Source: Eledone cirrhosa (lineage: Eukaryota). Taken from it: a stretch of 64,000 nt of DNA. The notes under the pieces are model-generated. The model was not told the origin of the DNA, did no database searches, and was given only the letters and a program-made list of their open reading frames with translations. Positions within the stretch are counted from its first letter, which is position 1. Each line of letters begins with the position of its first letter. Made by a program: the position numbers and the translations under genes. The stretch covers positions 168,330,001 through 168,394,000 of the forward strand of contig OZ024740.1 in the NCBI GenBank assembly GCA_964016885.1, given 5' to 3'. Of the stretch, positions 1 through 13,774 are shown one piece after another.

Positions 1-675
1 TGGTCAGGCAGAAATTAAAAATTAGAATTGGAGCTCTGAAATAGCAATATATATATGGATGTATATATAATGTATTTTGCAATACACTTTATGCTTAATT
101 AAAAGCATTTTGAAGACCGTAAGCTATTGCTTTTTAGAGTAGTGACAAATTCACTTACTTTGATCTCAACAAACAGGGGAGATAAGCCGACAAGGCCTTG
201 TTTCGCTTTTGTTGAAGCTTATCAAGGCTAACTACTCCCACCTGTCTACCGAGATCACTGATGTTATATTCTTATAGAATTCTAGTAAATAATCAGGAGC
301 TGATTATGCAGAGCGGTTGTTGGTCAGGCAGAAATTAAAAATTAGAATTGGAGCTCTGAAATTTCTGCCTGACCAACAACCGCTCTGCATAATCAGCTCC
401 TGATTATTTACTAGAATTCTATAAGAATATAACATCAGTGATCTCGGTAGACAGGTGGGAGTAGTTAGCCTTGATAAGCTTCAACAAAAGCGAAACAAGG
501 CCTTGTCGGCTTATCTCCCCTGTTTGCTGAGATCAAAGTAAGTGAATTTGTCACTACTCTAAAAATCAATAGCTTACGGTCTTCAAAATGCTTTTAATTA
601 AGCATAAAGTGTATTGCAAAATACATTATATATACATCCATATATATATTGCTATTTCAGAGCTCCAATTCTAAT
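1..675. mobile_element. Non-coding fold-back element built from a 320-nt unit carrying a hammerhead ribozyme (non-autonomous PLE/retrozyme-like); left end cut by window edge
   Basis: 1-40 recurs at 321-360 (period 320). About 361-675 is the reverse complement of about 21-335 with a few substitutions. Ends in (TA)n. Confidence 0.75.
466..513 (+). ncRNA. Type-I hammerhead ribozyme, variant core (mirror copy 183-230 on -)
   Basis: agcc-TTGATAA-gctt(caacaa)aagc-GAAA-caagg/ccttg-TC-ggct. Stems I, II and a palindromic stem III pair. The core reads UUGAUAA instead of CUGANGA. Confidence 0.65.
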
Positions 676-1714
676 ATATATATATATATATATATAGTAA
701 TAATAATAAATTTGAAGACTAAAATCCAAAAAGGGCTCGATAAGGATAAATATATATCAAATATATAAGAACCGTAGAGCAAATATTTATTACCGATTCT
801 TTGCTTAAACTTTAATCTGTTATTTTAATAAATATATATATATATAAATAAATTTAGTCCTTCATCAGTGATCTTCTAACCTTCATTGGTATTTCATCGC
901 TTTAAAGACCATATAGTAGCAGAGAGTGAGTGAGTGAAAGGTGAGGAAGAGGCTAACAGAGAGAGTGACTGTTGAGGGGGTAAAGGGAAGTGAGAGATAC
1001 AGAGAAAAGAGGAAGCAGTAAGAAAGAAACAGACGGGTCACAGCAGAGGATATTATATATATGCGAATATGAAAACAAGACGTGCTGTGTGGTTTCAGAT
1101 GGGTTACATATGAATAAATTTAGTCCTTCATCAGTGATCTTCCAACATTTCATTGGTATTTCATCGCTTTAAAGACCATATACCTCCGGTTGGTGCGAGC
1201 AACGGCTAAAGAAAGTCGTTGGGACACGTAAATAGGGGGAACGAGCGAGACTGTAAACAATCAAAGATGGTAATGCAACGAAAAGTGAGGAAGAAGGAGT
1301 CAAGTCCCTGAAATGTTTCAATAGTAATAAGCCCGGTACCATCACATGGAATCGATGAATTAATCGATGAATTAATCTTAACACATCCGTGAGAATAGAA
1401 AAAATGAAATAAAATAATATAAAGGCAATCTTTCCAAGGGCGAATATAGCACATAGAAAATATTAAGCAAGTGATTTGCGTAGCCAATGAAAAATGTATA
1501 AGCACAAGCATGAGAGGTAAAAGTGCACCCTATATTAGCATATTGTGAAATAAAGATGTGTGTAAATCTGAACAAATAGAGGATATTTAGAATGATACAC
1601 TAAACTTATGTGTGCACATGATTATTCTATATTACCGTTCAAGTTGATCATAAAACGTTTTACTGAAACCGAATTTTAGTGGAAAAACACTAAAATTCCT
1701 TTTCGGCTAACCAG

Positions 1715-1770
<56 letters not shown>

Positions 1771-1775
<5 letters not shown>

Positions 1776-4041
1776 TTCAAATATTAACAAAATAGATATT
1801 CTTGTGATCAATTAAATTTTATTATACATATTGCAGAGGTACTTGAATCAGGTTCAACAGTACGTCCTCATCAGATAAAATAAAATGATACATGACATAC
1901 CCTGACATGTTAGATGGTTAAGATTTAATTAAGGTAGTGATTAACTTATGAGAAAACTCAATATGTATACCCTAATTATGAGAACATGCGAAAACGTAAT
2001 AGAATCAATAGAGAGGGTGTGAATAAGAAAAACATTGCTTTAATGTAACAGTTATAGAGTTTTTAAAGTCTGGAATACTACTGTAGGACTATAGAGGAAG
2101 ACGTATCTGGAGTTATAATTTATTTAGTTTTTAGCTTGAGAATGCAACTGATAGATAATTAAAGAGAGGGAGAGATAAAGGGGAGTAATTTATGCTCAAA
2201 TTTTCTTCGGACACATATAAACATGTATAGCCTTGGCAGTTAAATTTCAAAATATTTAATTTATGTTATTTTAGGGAAAAGAATCAAAATTTTAGGTTTT
2301 AAAAGTTGATGGTTATTTGTATTAATTTTATAAATTTTATAAATTTTATAAATATGTTAAATTTCTAAAATTCAAAGTTTTATGAAAACAAATTTAAAGC
2401 ATTTACTAGGCCCGCGAAAGAAAAATATATATACCTTTCAATATTCTCACAAAGGTAATCTTTAACAAATTACTTGTGACAACATTTTCCGTATGTATAG
2501 TTTATGAAGTATTTACTGTTATAACTATCAAGGAATTTATTGTTAAATAGTTATAGTGTCTAAAGTATAATAATTAAACCAGAGTTTTCAGCTATATATA
2601 TATATGTGCATTTATCATAATAAAAGGGCTATAAATTATTATTTTTTATTATTTGTTCATATATTATATTAAATCACTACATTAGTTCTACCTTCTAGGG
2701 AAGACCGAACTCTAATTATGATTATGTCATTATACAATATAAATATATTTGCACAAACTTTATATAGAGTTATACCGAACTATAATTATTAAAGTTTTAT
2801 AAGCCATTATGATTTATATGTTCAACAGTTGATGACGTACTGTCTAAAAACCAGGCTTGGTTGCTTACTGTTTTTTCCTGACCTTATGCGAAGCTTGGAA
2901 TGTAGACAAAGCTTTATGAAGGCAGTTTGAGAATAATTCACTTTTTTTGTTAATTAAGTTTTCATAATTATTAATTATCAATAGGGTCTCCATTGTACAG
3001 AAAGCCCAGTTACTTGATATACTTGAGTTGAGATAAACTCCACTATTACAAAGTTTCGTACAAAAGATCTAGTATTTTAAATTGTTGTCTTTTAATGACC
3101 ATATAAGCTGTGATAAAGAAGTCGATGATTTCCTATTAGAATTCGAAAATGAGCATTTATGATTCGCAAATCTAGCCTTAAATGTAGAAGAAGTCGCTCC
3201 TATGTAGTTGTATGTGTTGTTTTACGGTGCATTTATACACCAAATTACTGTCCAAACAATTATTTTGCAGAGGGCAACCTGGTTTTATTTCTACAATTAC
3301 ATTTTGATTTATTATTATTTATGTTAACACTATTATTAAAATCATTATGTTGATTCTGCTTTAGAATTTGACTGTTTATTTTAGCAATGTTTTGGGCCAT
3401 ATTGTAGAATAAGATAATTTAATAGTGTGTCTATTAAAAATGGAATGGTATTTATGTTGACTAGGGAAAGAGCTGTCCAAAGCTTTAAAGAATAGGTTTG
3501 CTATTGGTGTTCTTACTGCTACGGAAGCAGGGGGGGGGGCATACCATATAACTGACTTAGTTCTGGTTCTTTTCCTCGATTTGTTCACCGTATAGGTGTT
3601 TGAATTATAATTATTAGATATTTCGTTTATATATGCCATTATTTTTAGAAATTTAACACATTTATAAAATTTATAAAATTTATAAAATTAATACAAATAA
3701 CCATCAACTTTTAAAACCTAAAATTTTGATTCTTTACCCTAAAATAAGATAAATTAAATACTTTGAAATTTAACTGCCAAGGCTACCTTGATTAAATCTT
3801 AACCATCTAACATGTCAGGGTATGTCATGTATCATTTTATTTTATCTGATGAGGACGTACTGTTGAACCTGATTCAAGTACCTCTGAAATATGTATAATA
3901 AAATTTAATTGATCACAAGAATATCTATTTTGTTAATATTTGAATTAATATTAATAACTCTGGAAAATATTTTTTTGTAGAGTGCTTCCAATCTACTGTA
4001 AAACTCATTCTTTGATGTACTCATTGAATCTTGTTTAACTC

Positions 4042-4047
<6 letters not shown>
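1771..4047 (-). mobile_element. Decayed, 5'-truncated Penelope-like element with inverted terminal segment
   Basis: The minus-strand ORF 3376-3639 has the PLE thumb motif IWYAPP...HKYHSIFNRHTIKLSYST. Downstream remnants read KCNCRNK..CPLQNNC and YIGATSSTFKARFANH (GIY-YIG). About 3645-3950 inverts 2229-2368 and 1771-1936. (TA)n lies on both flanks. Confidence 0.8.
3840..3903 (+). ncRNA. Type-I hammerhead ribozyme (mutated mirror copy 1817-1880)
   Basis: ttttat-CTGATGA-gg..gtac....gtacctct-GAAA-tatgta-TA-ataaaa. The mirror copy has GCAA in place of GAAA. Confidence 0.65.
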
Positions 4048-4103
<56 letters not shown>

Positions 4104-4162
4104 ATAACTGGTTTCAGCCCATGAGGTGAGACCTAGTTGGTGCACCACCATTTGTATACATA

Positions 4163-4224
<62 letters not shown>

Positions 4225-4283
4225 CGTGAACCTAATAAACCACTATTTGTACTGCCTCTCTGTTTTTGTTCCTGTCTAAGATG

Positions 4284-4343
<60 letters not shown>

Positions 4344-4801
4344 TATATATATATATATATATATACATTCAAAATAGAGAACGCACAAGACAAAGACAAT
4401 GGAAGAAACAACGGAAAGACGGACAGTCCCATCTCCTCAGTCAACTTCTAAAAATCATTACGGTTTCGGAGCTTTAAGGTCGACACCTTTCATTCCAATA
4501 CACAGGTAGAGATATTTTATGCATTTAGGCAAATTACACAAATATAGAGTGCACAAGGGCCAAAGGAGAAAAATATAGAAAGGAGGGAAATAGTAAAGCA
4601 AAAGAGAAAGGACTGTTGTCCAGTATGCAGACAAAGAAGGATCCTGGGGCATAGAAAAGGTAAGAAGGAAGAATAGGGGAATCAGGCCGGGCGGTGTGAT
4701 GCATATTATATGATATTTTCATAAAATGCCCGCATGATTTAGTCTTTAGAATATAAACGAAACGGCCGGAGCTCAGCCGTCAGGGTCGTGACTCTTTTCC
4801 T

Positions 4802-4896
<95 letters not shown>

Positions 4897-5070
4897 AAAG
4901 GAAAGCACAAACAAGCGGGGACAGGTCCCCTCTTCAGTTGTGTGCTGGGGGAATGCGTTGAAATGTAGGTGACCCCCAGCAGACAACTGTCCCTTGTTTA
5001 TGCTTTCCCTTTATTTCGAAATACACTTTATCTAGTAACCACACAGCCCCTTGTTGCTTTTAAATTTATA

Positions 5071-5107
<37 letters not shown>

Positions 5108-5466
5108 AACACTCAGACACAGACAGACACACATATATATATACGCGTAAATAGGCATTCAGACATATCACGTGCATACTCTAGTAATTCATTTCTAATG
5201 ATACAAAGTTGTGAGGAATTCCATAAATATGCGTTAACCGACTCCTCGGTTATTTCATTCATCCGTCCCATGAATAATATACCAGTAGTAAGCAAATATG
5301 TGAATGAAAGATTGCTGTGCTGTTTGTGTTAGCCTGTTGTCTGATGGGTGGAATGAAGGTTAGCTCCAACTGAGATATCAAGCTGCAAACAGCTGTTTCA
5401 TTTCAGTAATTTTGCCTTGGCTTACTTTTACATTGTTTAACCTAACTATAGACATACTCTCTCTCG

Positions 5467-5527
<61 letters not shown>

Positions 5528-5566
5528 ATTTATCTATCTATCTATCTACCTATCTATCTTTCCCTC

Positions 5567-6494
5567 AGGCGCTCACAGCCCTCTGGCAGGCGGACCCGGC
5601 GATCAGTGGAGACTCCACTTCGTCATTCTATAGAGGGTTGGTCCGCAGCAAGTGCGACGACGCACTCGGTGAAACTCTAGGCGTGGAGGAAAATGAACTG
5701 GCCAGTCTGTTCGGTAGGACCTTCCGCCCGGGACCGATGGACAACTTCCAAAAGTCCCTGGCCTGGCAGTGCTACCGAGGAGCTCTACCAGTTCGAGACA
5801 AGCTCTACAGACATGGGCGCCCGGGCAGGGACCCTGCAAAAAAGATCTGTCCGAGGTGCGTGCGAGACGAAGAAACCGTCGCGCACGCATTCATACACTG
5901 CCCGGGCGTCACTGACCTGTGGGGCTATGTAGAACGACTATTGTCGCGGGTGGGACCAATCCAGTTGACCACCGAGTCCATTGTCATGATCAAACCGCCA
6001 CCCTCCTTCAAAAACGAAGGAGAGGCGGTTTTCCTTTGTGTGATAGCTATGGCGAAAGAGGTTATATGGTGGACAAGGTTGAAAGGGCTGAGGTCAGACA
6101 CCTTTCTCTCCGGCCAACAACTGATTCTTTTTTTCAAATACCACTTTGGAAGAAGAATCAGGATGGAGAGAGAGGTGCAAGTTTTATGAAAGGTGGGTGA
6201 AAGTGGCGAGAATGGCCCGAGTGAATGGGCCTTCTCTCTATATCAGCCTGTAGGTTGAGGAAAAGGAGGAGGAGAGGAAAGGAGTACAAGCTCTTCGTAC
6301 TCCTGGAGATGAGGGTTGCACATTTTTTTTTCGGGGGTATGTGTTACCCATATAAACTGTCTCCCTCTATTGGGGAAAATCGACTAACTTTTAAATTCCA
6401 TCTGTGATAACATTTTACACGTTTTTATTGTATGTAAACTTCCCCCTTTGTATTTGTCCCCTTCTTTTGTGCCCCTGTGACTAATAAAGAAATA
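5567..6494 (+). mobile_element. 5'-truncated L1/Tx1-clade LINE with 16-bp target-site duplication
   Basis: ORF 5638-6189 is near-identical to the C-terminus of the 56419-59652 ORF2 (CPRC...HAFIHC zinc knuckle). TATCTATCTTTCCCTC is duplicated at 5551-5566 and 6495-6510. AATAAA lies near the 3' end. Confidence 0.9.
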
Positions 6495-6546
6495 TATCTA
6501 TCTTTCCCTCTCTTCACTCACATTCTCTCTAACTCTTTCGTGTATA

Positions 6547-6663
<117 letters not shown>

Positions 6664-6911
6664 TGAGTGAGTGAGAGAGAGAGTGAGAGATAGAGATCTA
6701 TCAGAGTAATCTATCAAATTATAAATGTGAGGAAATAATAGACACACACATATACGTATATATATATATATATATGAATGAAAAATGGCGTGCTGTGTTG
6801 TTGCGAATATGAACATATGAATGAAAATAGACCGAGAAACAGGAATGTTCATCATCAGTAGCCTGCTGATTATCATTGGTATTTCTTCGCATTAAAGACT
6901 AGTCTTTTTCA

Positions 6912-6986
<75 letters not shown>

Positions 6987-7795
6987 AAGTGTAATATAGA
7001 AATGGCTTCTACATGACTAGAACTGTTTCAGTTGCCTGAAATCATCAGAAATACGGCGAAAGCTTCTATTTCTAATTTAAAACTTGCTGTTTCAAACACG
7101 TACTTACCTGTCATATATATATATAACGGAATACTCCTATGTTTTACCGGCGAAGATTCGAAACCGAATCTGAGGTTTCTCGCCTCTGGGGCCATCTATC
7201 ATTGGAGGTTCCCACCATTGTCTTGTCAAAAGACAACGATGATTAATGTACATACTACTTGACCTGTGGCCCCAGCTTCCTGAGAGACGATATCCACAAT
7301 ATATCCACATAACGAAATCAACTCATATACACATCCTTCTAGCTATAAGGTTATTATAAATGCAAGTACTTAGGAAACCCAACACAGACCCGAAGTAGCA
7401 GTTAGTGAGAGATAATCATGTAGGCATCAGCAGACCTTTTACCCTTTCTCTCTCCTGGCCCTTACTGGTTCTCACCTTATAGACACAGCCAGACAGCCAG
7501 ACACGAAGCAGCAGTCCTTGAGCCGAATAATGTATTCTAAGAATAAATACACACACACACATAGTAAGTTCATATTGTTTACATTCCACGCTCATTCTAT
7601 TCTTCGGTCTCACTGTAATATTGTAACGTCGTATTGATACATACATTCACGCTAGCTCGTAGTAGCTAACCAGTAATTAATGTAGTGATAAATTCTGTCA
7701 CATATTGTTATTGTAAATTAAACATTGTTAACATCACAATCATTGCATTATTCTTTTCATCAAACACCCATCAAAGAATAACAATTATCCGCTAC

Positions 7796-7884
<89 letters not shown>

Positions 7885-7887
<3 letters not shown>

Positions 7888-10800
7888 GCAGCGGCACCGC
7901 ACCTTTCCCGGGAATGGGATTGTTCCTTATATATTAGAAGAAAAAAGCAAAACATCTTGTATAGAAATTTGTTATTCTAAATTCAATTTATTCTTCAATG
8001 AAATCATAATACAAAAAAAATAATAAAAATCGAAAATAGAAAATGTACCACTTTTATGAAGGGAGATAAATTCTATCACATATGTTGAAGGAAATTACGT
8101 AAGAGCTTCTGGGTAAACAACATTCTTTGTTTTCTGGTTTGGAGCATAGACAAATACGTTTTGTAAACTACCCACCCTGGAGCAACCAAGGCTCAATTAA
8201 GTGCAAGCCAGTAGATTTCAAAGTCTGACCTTGAGCTTCATTAATAGACATTGCGAAGCAAATTTGCACTGGGAATTGTGTTCGTTTGAACTCAAATGGT
8301 ATGTCTGTTGGTTTGATTGGAATTCTTGGAATGAAAATCTCTTCCCCAGAAGTACATCTAGTGATGATGGTAGCTTCTCTCACAATCAACCTTGTCCCAT
8401 TTCATAATTTAGGAGGATCTAAATTTCTTAGAAGCATTACTGGGACTCCTACCTTCAGAAAAAGTTTATGTAGGGGAGTTCCAGGTGGCTCAAGAGAATT
8501 AAGGAATTCTGTTGCGTAGTGGACAGCTTGATTTTCATCAAGGACTGAATCAACTGATTTGTACTCCTTAATGACTGTTGGAATATTTTTCATTTATTCA
8601 TGGTTAATCCTTGCTACTGTCTCATTTTTGGGAGCAAGAATTGCCCTTTCACACAACCACTAATGTGAATTATAATTATTACTTAAGTCTGGAAATACCC
8701 TATTCTTTAATTCAGCTGCGGAATTCACCATGATAGCAATATGAGCCCAATTGATATAACCATTCCCATCAATTGGTACTTTCCCATTTCCTAATTGGAA
8801 GAGCAGGGTTGAAAACTGTTCTGTACATTGGTCCCCATATAATAAAGCTCGTATGTTAGTATTGAAGGAGAATTTCTGTTCTTTATTCCATAGGTGCGAA
8901 GACTTAATCCATGCTTTTATTTCATCAGCTCTTGTTCTGCTCGGAATGACTGATAATGTCTGTCTGAAGTCTCCTGATAAAGCTAATGTAACTTCTCCCA
9001 TAGATTTATTGTTGCCTCTTATTTTTTGTAAAGTCTTATCAAGAGCTTCCATTACACCGCTATGTAACATCGTGCATTCATCCCAAATGATCAGATGGCA
9101 TTGGCGCAACACTTCTGCTTAACCTGAACCTTTGCTTATGTTATAAATTGGACTGTCATTTGTGACCAAGTTTAGCGGTAATTTAAAAGCAGAATGAGCT
9201 GTTCGTCCTCCTGGGAGAAGGTTGGCAGCAATGCTAGACGATGCTACAGCAACTGCAATTCTTTTTTGTTGCCTCACCTTGGAGAGAAGCAATGTTTTAC
9301 CTGTGCCACTAGGAGCATTTTTCTCTTCTTTCTCTGACTGACGAAATAATTTTATCATATGCACAGCGTTGTTCTGGAAGAGGTTTAGGTTCATGTTCAT
9401 TTACAAATGCAGCCAACTCTGTGATGTTATAATTTGTCTCTCTTGAAGTTAAATCACTAATTTGGTGGTTTGTTTTTTTGGCAGTCCAGTGTCAGACTCT
9501 TGCAAATGTTTGCCTCCCATGGCCAAAACTTGATTCTCAATTTCAATCAGTGCTTGGTTAAAAAGTTTTTCAGAGAACTGAATATTGATATCTGGGTTTG
9601 CCTGTTGAACTGCATACTTTAAGTCCTCAGCCATGTCCTCACGGTGTAGGGGATTGCCAAGTTGACACATGTTCAGTATAATTGCAAAAAGGTTACGGAG
9701 TTTTCTTGGAGAATCTGACACTGATACTTCAGTCAATGAAAGGTCCCAATGCTCATCATTTTCTAAAAACCTTGATGATAGCATGCTTCCCTATAAGTTT
9801 CACACATATGACCCTCCTCAAATCTTGGAATGATTTGGGACCACGTACTTCATACAAAAGGAACCATAAGTAATAGCATTCTGCTTGGCTTGGTGGACAC
9901 TGTAAACTCTTGCAAAAGCGTCAGCCCCATGTTTCCTCTTGTGCCATTTATTGTTTCTCCAGGGGTAATACTTGGGTAATTCTCGGTAAAGGAATGTTTA
10001 TTGTATCTTCATCGTCTTGACACAACTTAAAAAAGGCAGTAAGGGTAGTTTTTTTTTTGGAGAAAGTGCTTGTTGCAAGGCTGTTTGTTTGGTAATTCTC
10101 TAGATAGACATTCAAATGAACGATGACTGGGTGCCTCTTAGGAATGGGAAAATTGAAGATGCACCAAAACGCCTCATTGCTACTGATGTATCTTCCTCTC
10201 TCATACTGTGCAACTTCGTCATTTTTATTTATCTGTTGGCTGACATTCTGCATAAGAGTAAATGTTGCAGCATCTAAACTTTTGTTTATATATTTGCAAA
10301 CATACTTAATAGACTTAACAGAGTTGCAGAAATCAACATTGATATGTGCTTTGAAAGTGTTTGTTAGAAGAGGACAGTAGGGTTCAACCCACCGATTGTC
10401 AATGATGAATTCTTGCCCATTTCTCTTTTTTTTTTTTTTCGAAGTGAATCCACCATGCCCAGGTTTTCTTCTCCTGTAAAGAGGGTAGCCACCTTCTCCA
10501 GTTTGAGTTTCTTGTACAAAGAGATGTGTGTAGTTGGTACACTTATTATCTCTCATGCATATAGAGAGTGGATTAATTGAACCACAGGGCCCATGAATCA
10601 TGTGGGACTTGACAATTTCATGCAACAAAGGATCTTGCTGTGGATCAGGCAGTTCAGCTGAGATAAATAAATAAATATCATTTGCCCGAAGTTTTTCATG
10701 TAACCAAATAAAAATGTGGGCATGTAGCAATCCTCGTTTTCGCCATTCAATTGTGTACATGTCACATTTGACTGGTTCAAAGACTTCACGTGTTTTTAGG

Positions 10801-12546
10801 AGATCCATCATCTTTATGACTTTAAGTCTGAACACCCTAACTGTAATATTATGGCGATTTTGGGGTTCTTGATGATGATAAAGCTCACTCTTTATTTCAT
10901 GCCATGTTGGGTTACATGCGAATGTAAGGAAGAGGTATGGACGACCATAGTGTCTGCCATATGTAAGTGCATCTTGGGTACGCTCATGCATATGGACTTC
11001 CTGTGTACTTCCTGTAACGCTTGATAGAAGAATAACACAAAGCTGTCCAATGTTATCAGCAGCCAATGCTCCTTCATTACTGATTACATCTTTCAGGTGA
11101 ATGTAATCTGATGCACGGAAATCTTTCTGATGTGTTCTAATGTAAAGAAGCCTTTCTCCTTCAATTTTTGGATACATATCAACTGAAATTCTTTGGAAGA
11201 ACTCACGTGAACGATGAAGAGTATTGAAGTCTTGCTCTTATTTGCTCTTACTTGCAGCTTACTGTTCTTTTCAGTGCAGGAGCTCTTCTTTTAAGATCTG
11301 GGTTTTTTTTATACCAAAGTGATATCCATCTTGACAAAATAAACAGATTAAGGGTACTGGAGTGCATCATATGATCGGTGGGTTGCATTTGTCCGCTGCA
11401 TCTTATTTCCTCTTCCTTAAATAATAATATCTCTCTTCCCTTACTCGTCACCTGTAATAATTGCTGCTTCTTCATTTGCGGCAGGGGCATTGTAGCGGCC
11501 TCTGTGTTTAGCAACAGGTTTTTTTTGTCTGCATTAATAACTATCTTGTATTCAGTGGGTGGTGCAGATTATGATGCATACTTGAAGCTTCTGATGTAGC
11601 TATTATTTGCATGCAACATATCTTGCAGATCAAAAATTAACTCTTCTTTCAAATTTGGAAGGTTAAAAGGCCGTTGCAAAGCCTGATCCCTGTAATTTGC
11701 CACAAAATATCTGTAAAAACTGAGGATTTTGCCTTCAGTTGGCAACAAAGATCCAATATGATGGTATACTTGACCTTGGAAAGCAGAATTATAATTACTG
11801 ATGTTTTTCAAGAAGTGCATGCTCCTTGGTGTGTTTCCCAAAAGCAATGCCTTCAAAGTATCTGGGGGTGTACAAAATGTCAGTAAAACAACCGTTCTTC
11901 CGCCACAACATAGTGGTGGTTTCTCTTTCCCATTTCTTTCCTTTACAAAAATTGCACTCTTTTGACATTGCTCCAATATCAATCAATTTCTCTGTAGAAT
12001 AATCATGTTTTGGATCATAATCGAAAGCTGATCTTTTCCAAGTCTCCTTGAAATGTGCAACTCTTTTGTCAAACGTATTCAGCCTATCTTGATCAAGACG
12101 CTTACGTCTTTCCTCTGGGGATTGGTGAAGTCTTGCAGCAACTGTTTGCTCCTGGTTTATCTTTGTCTAATCTCTTGCTAACCTATTGTCTCATTGGCAA
12201 CTCTGGCAGGTTGTCTTTGTCTTGCATCCTTTAAACGTTTTTCTCTTTCCTTTGTTGACTCTTGGCGCCTGCGGATTGTATTTTGTTGAGGTAATTGTTC
12301 TAAACATTTTTCCCTTGCCTCTTGTAACTCATTGGCCCTGCCCTGCAGCAGCTCTCCTCCGGTCGTTTTCATGTCTTTATATATAACATATATATCTGAA
12401 TATCTAACACTTTAATTGTATATCTTTGTATAACGGCCTATCTCTCTCTCTCTCTCTCTCTGCCTCTCCCTCTGTCTGTATCTTTCTCTATCTCTCTCTC
12501 TCTCTCTCTGGATGTGTGTGTGTGTGTGTGTGTGCGTGTGTGCGTG

Positions 12547-12625
<79 letters not shown>

Positions 12626-12676
12626 TTAAACCAACCAACTAATCAAGAAACATCTCTCTTTTATATTATCTATAGA
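7885..12676 (-). mobile_element. Helitron, decayed Rep/PIF1-helicase, both termini recognisable
   Basis: Fragmented ORFs carry Rep motifs YTIEWRKRGLLHAH and KYVCKYINK, and PIF1 motifs APSGTGKT, IIWDECTM, SGDFRQTL and QFPVQICFAMSINEAQGQT. The minus strand starts A|TC at 12676 and ends CTAG|T at 7885, with a GC-rich subterminal segment. Confidence 0.9.
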
Positions 12677-13196
12677 TATATATTTAATTTTTATTTTAAA
12701 ATGCTGGAATGTCACGCTCTTACCACTGAAATTTGATTCCTCTTGATATATATAAATACATTTTACTGAATTAATTCTCTCTAACCTAGACTACAAAAAT
12801 GTCCCATTCGTTAATTTCTTTAAAATATATATACTGTTTTTCATATAAGTCAATGTTTTTTTTTTTTCTTTTGACTATAAAGAAACACGGTTTGTTTGCT
12901 TGTTGATTTGATGTTGATTCCACCAGCTGTTGATGTCAGCTGAGAAGTTGGGAATGGATGACATCTCTCTTTCTTCAATAAATTCCTATATCCATACAAA
13001 TTATTTTTACTTGAACAGTTGCTTACAGTCAGCTAAGTCGATACTGTGCCGGAATATTTACTAGTTGTCGGTTACTATCCCATTACCGGTGCTGAAATTC
13101 AGTGTCTATACAAAATTATCCTTAATTCTTTATGGCCTGGCTAAAAATAGAAACTATAAATGAGGAATCTAATGGTGCAACTCACCGCGGTTTCTT

Positions 13197-13245
13197 ATGG
13201 CATCCAGGTTTTATTGCAAACTGGTTGTCGCCTTATCTTATACCG
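13197..13245 (+). CDS. Candidate first exon (possible signal peptide MASRFYCKLVVALSYT-G) of the CTLD-PAN gene
   Basis: ATG at 13197 and a GT donor at 13246 give phase 1, matching the next exon. TATAAA lies at about 13155. The donor (gtagct) and hydrophobic core are weak. Confidence 0.3.
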
Positions 13246-13573
13246 GTAGCTAATGTTAGAAGAAAAGCTACGACATGGCAAAGACGATGATGACAAGTAA
13301 CGTGGTTGCAGCGGCGACTCTTTGGGGCGATTAGTCTATAATTTGTGTTAGACTATTTCATTACCTTCTAATACTTAGCTAAATTATTCCTAAAGGTTTA
13401 TGACATGATATTCGCGTTTTCATGTGGACCTTGTTTTGACTAATAATGTCTCGGACATGATATGAGGATTTGGTAATAATTACTAGTTATTTTGTCCGGT
13501 GTTTACACATTCAGCTATTCCACTGTGTATTTGTGTTGCTTATACGAAAAACGAATAATTCTTGTTACCGCAG

Positions 13574-13774
13574 GTATGACATGTGATAAAATGGAGACCG
13601 CTGATCGAATATTTTTCGATAATACAACGCATACTTGTTATTATGCATTCAACACATTGGAGAAACTCCAGACTTACAACTCTGCCAAAAAAATGTGTGA
13701 AGATGCTGGACTTCATTTGTTGTTCACTGAGACTGAACATGAACGACAATTCGTTGCTAAAGAAATTACGAAAG
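13574..13774 (+). CDS. Exon: N-terminal half of a C-type-lectin-like domain
   Basis: Acceptor ccgcag|, donor aaag|gttagt, 201 bp, phase 1-1. Translates TCDK...HTCYYAF...YNSAKKMCEDAGLHLLFTETEHERQFV, the typical CTLD beta1/alpha1/alpha2 pattern. Confidence 0.8.

Noticed and set aside
848-1182. Possible HHR (minus-strand CTGATGA) in a ~266-nt terminally repeated element, related to about 6790-6900 and 54180-54340
   Set aside because: Stems II and III do not pair convincingly and GAAA is missing in the related copies, so no HHR was called.
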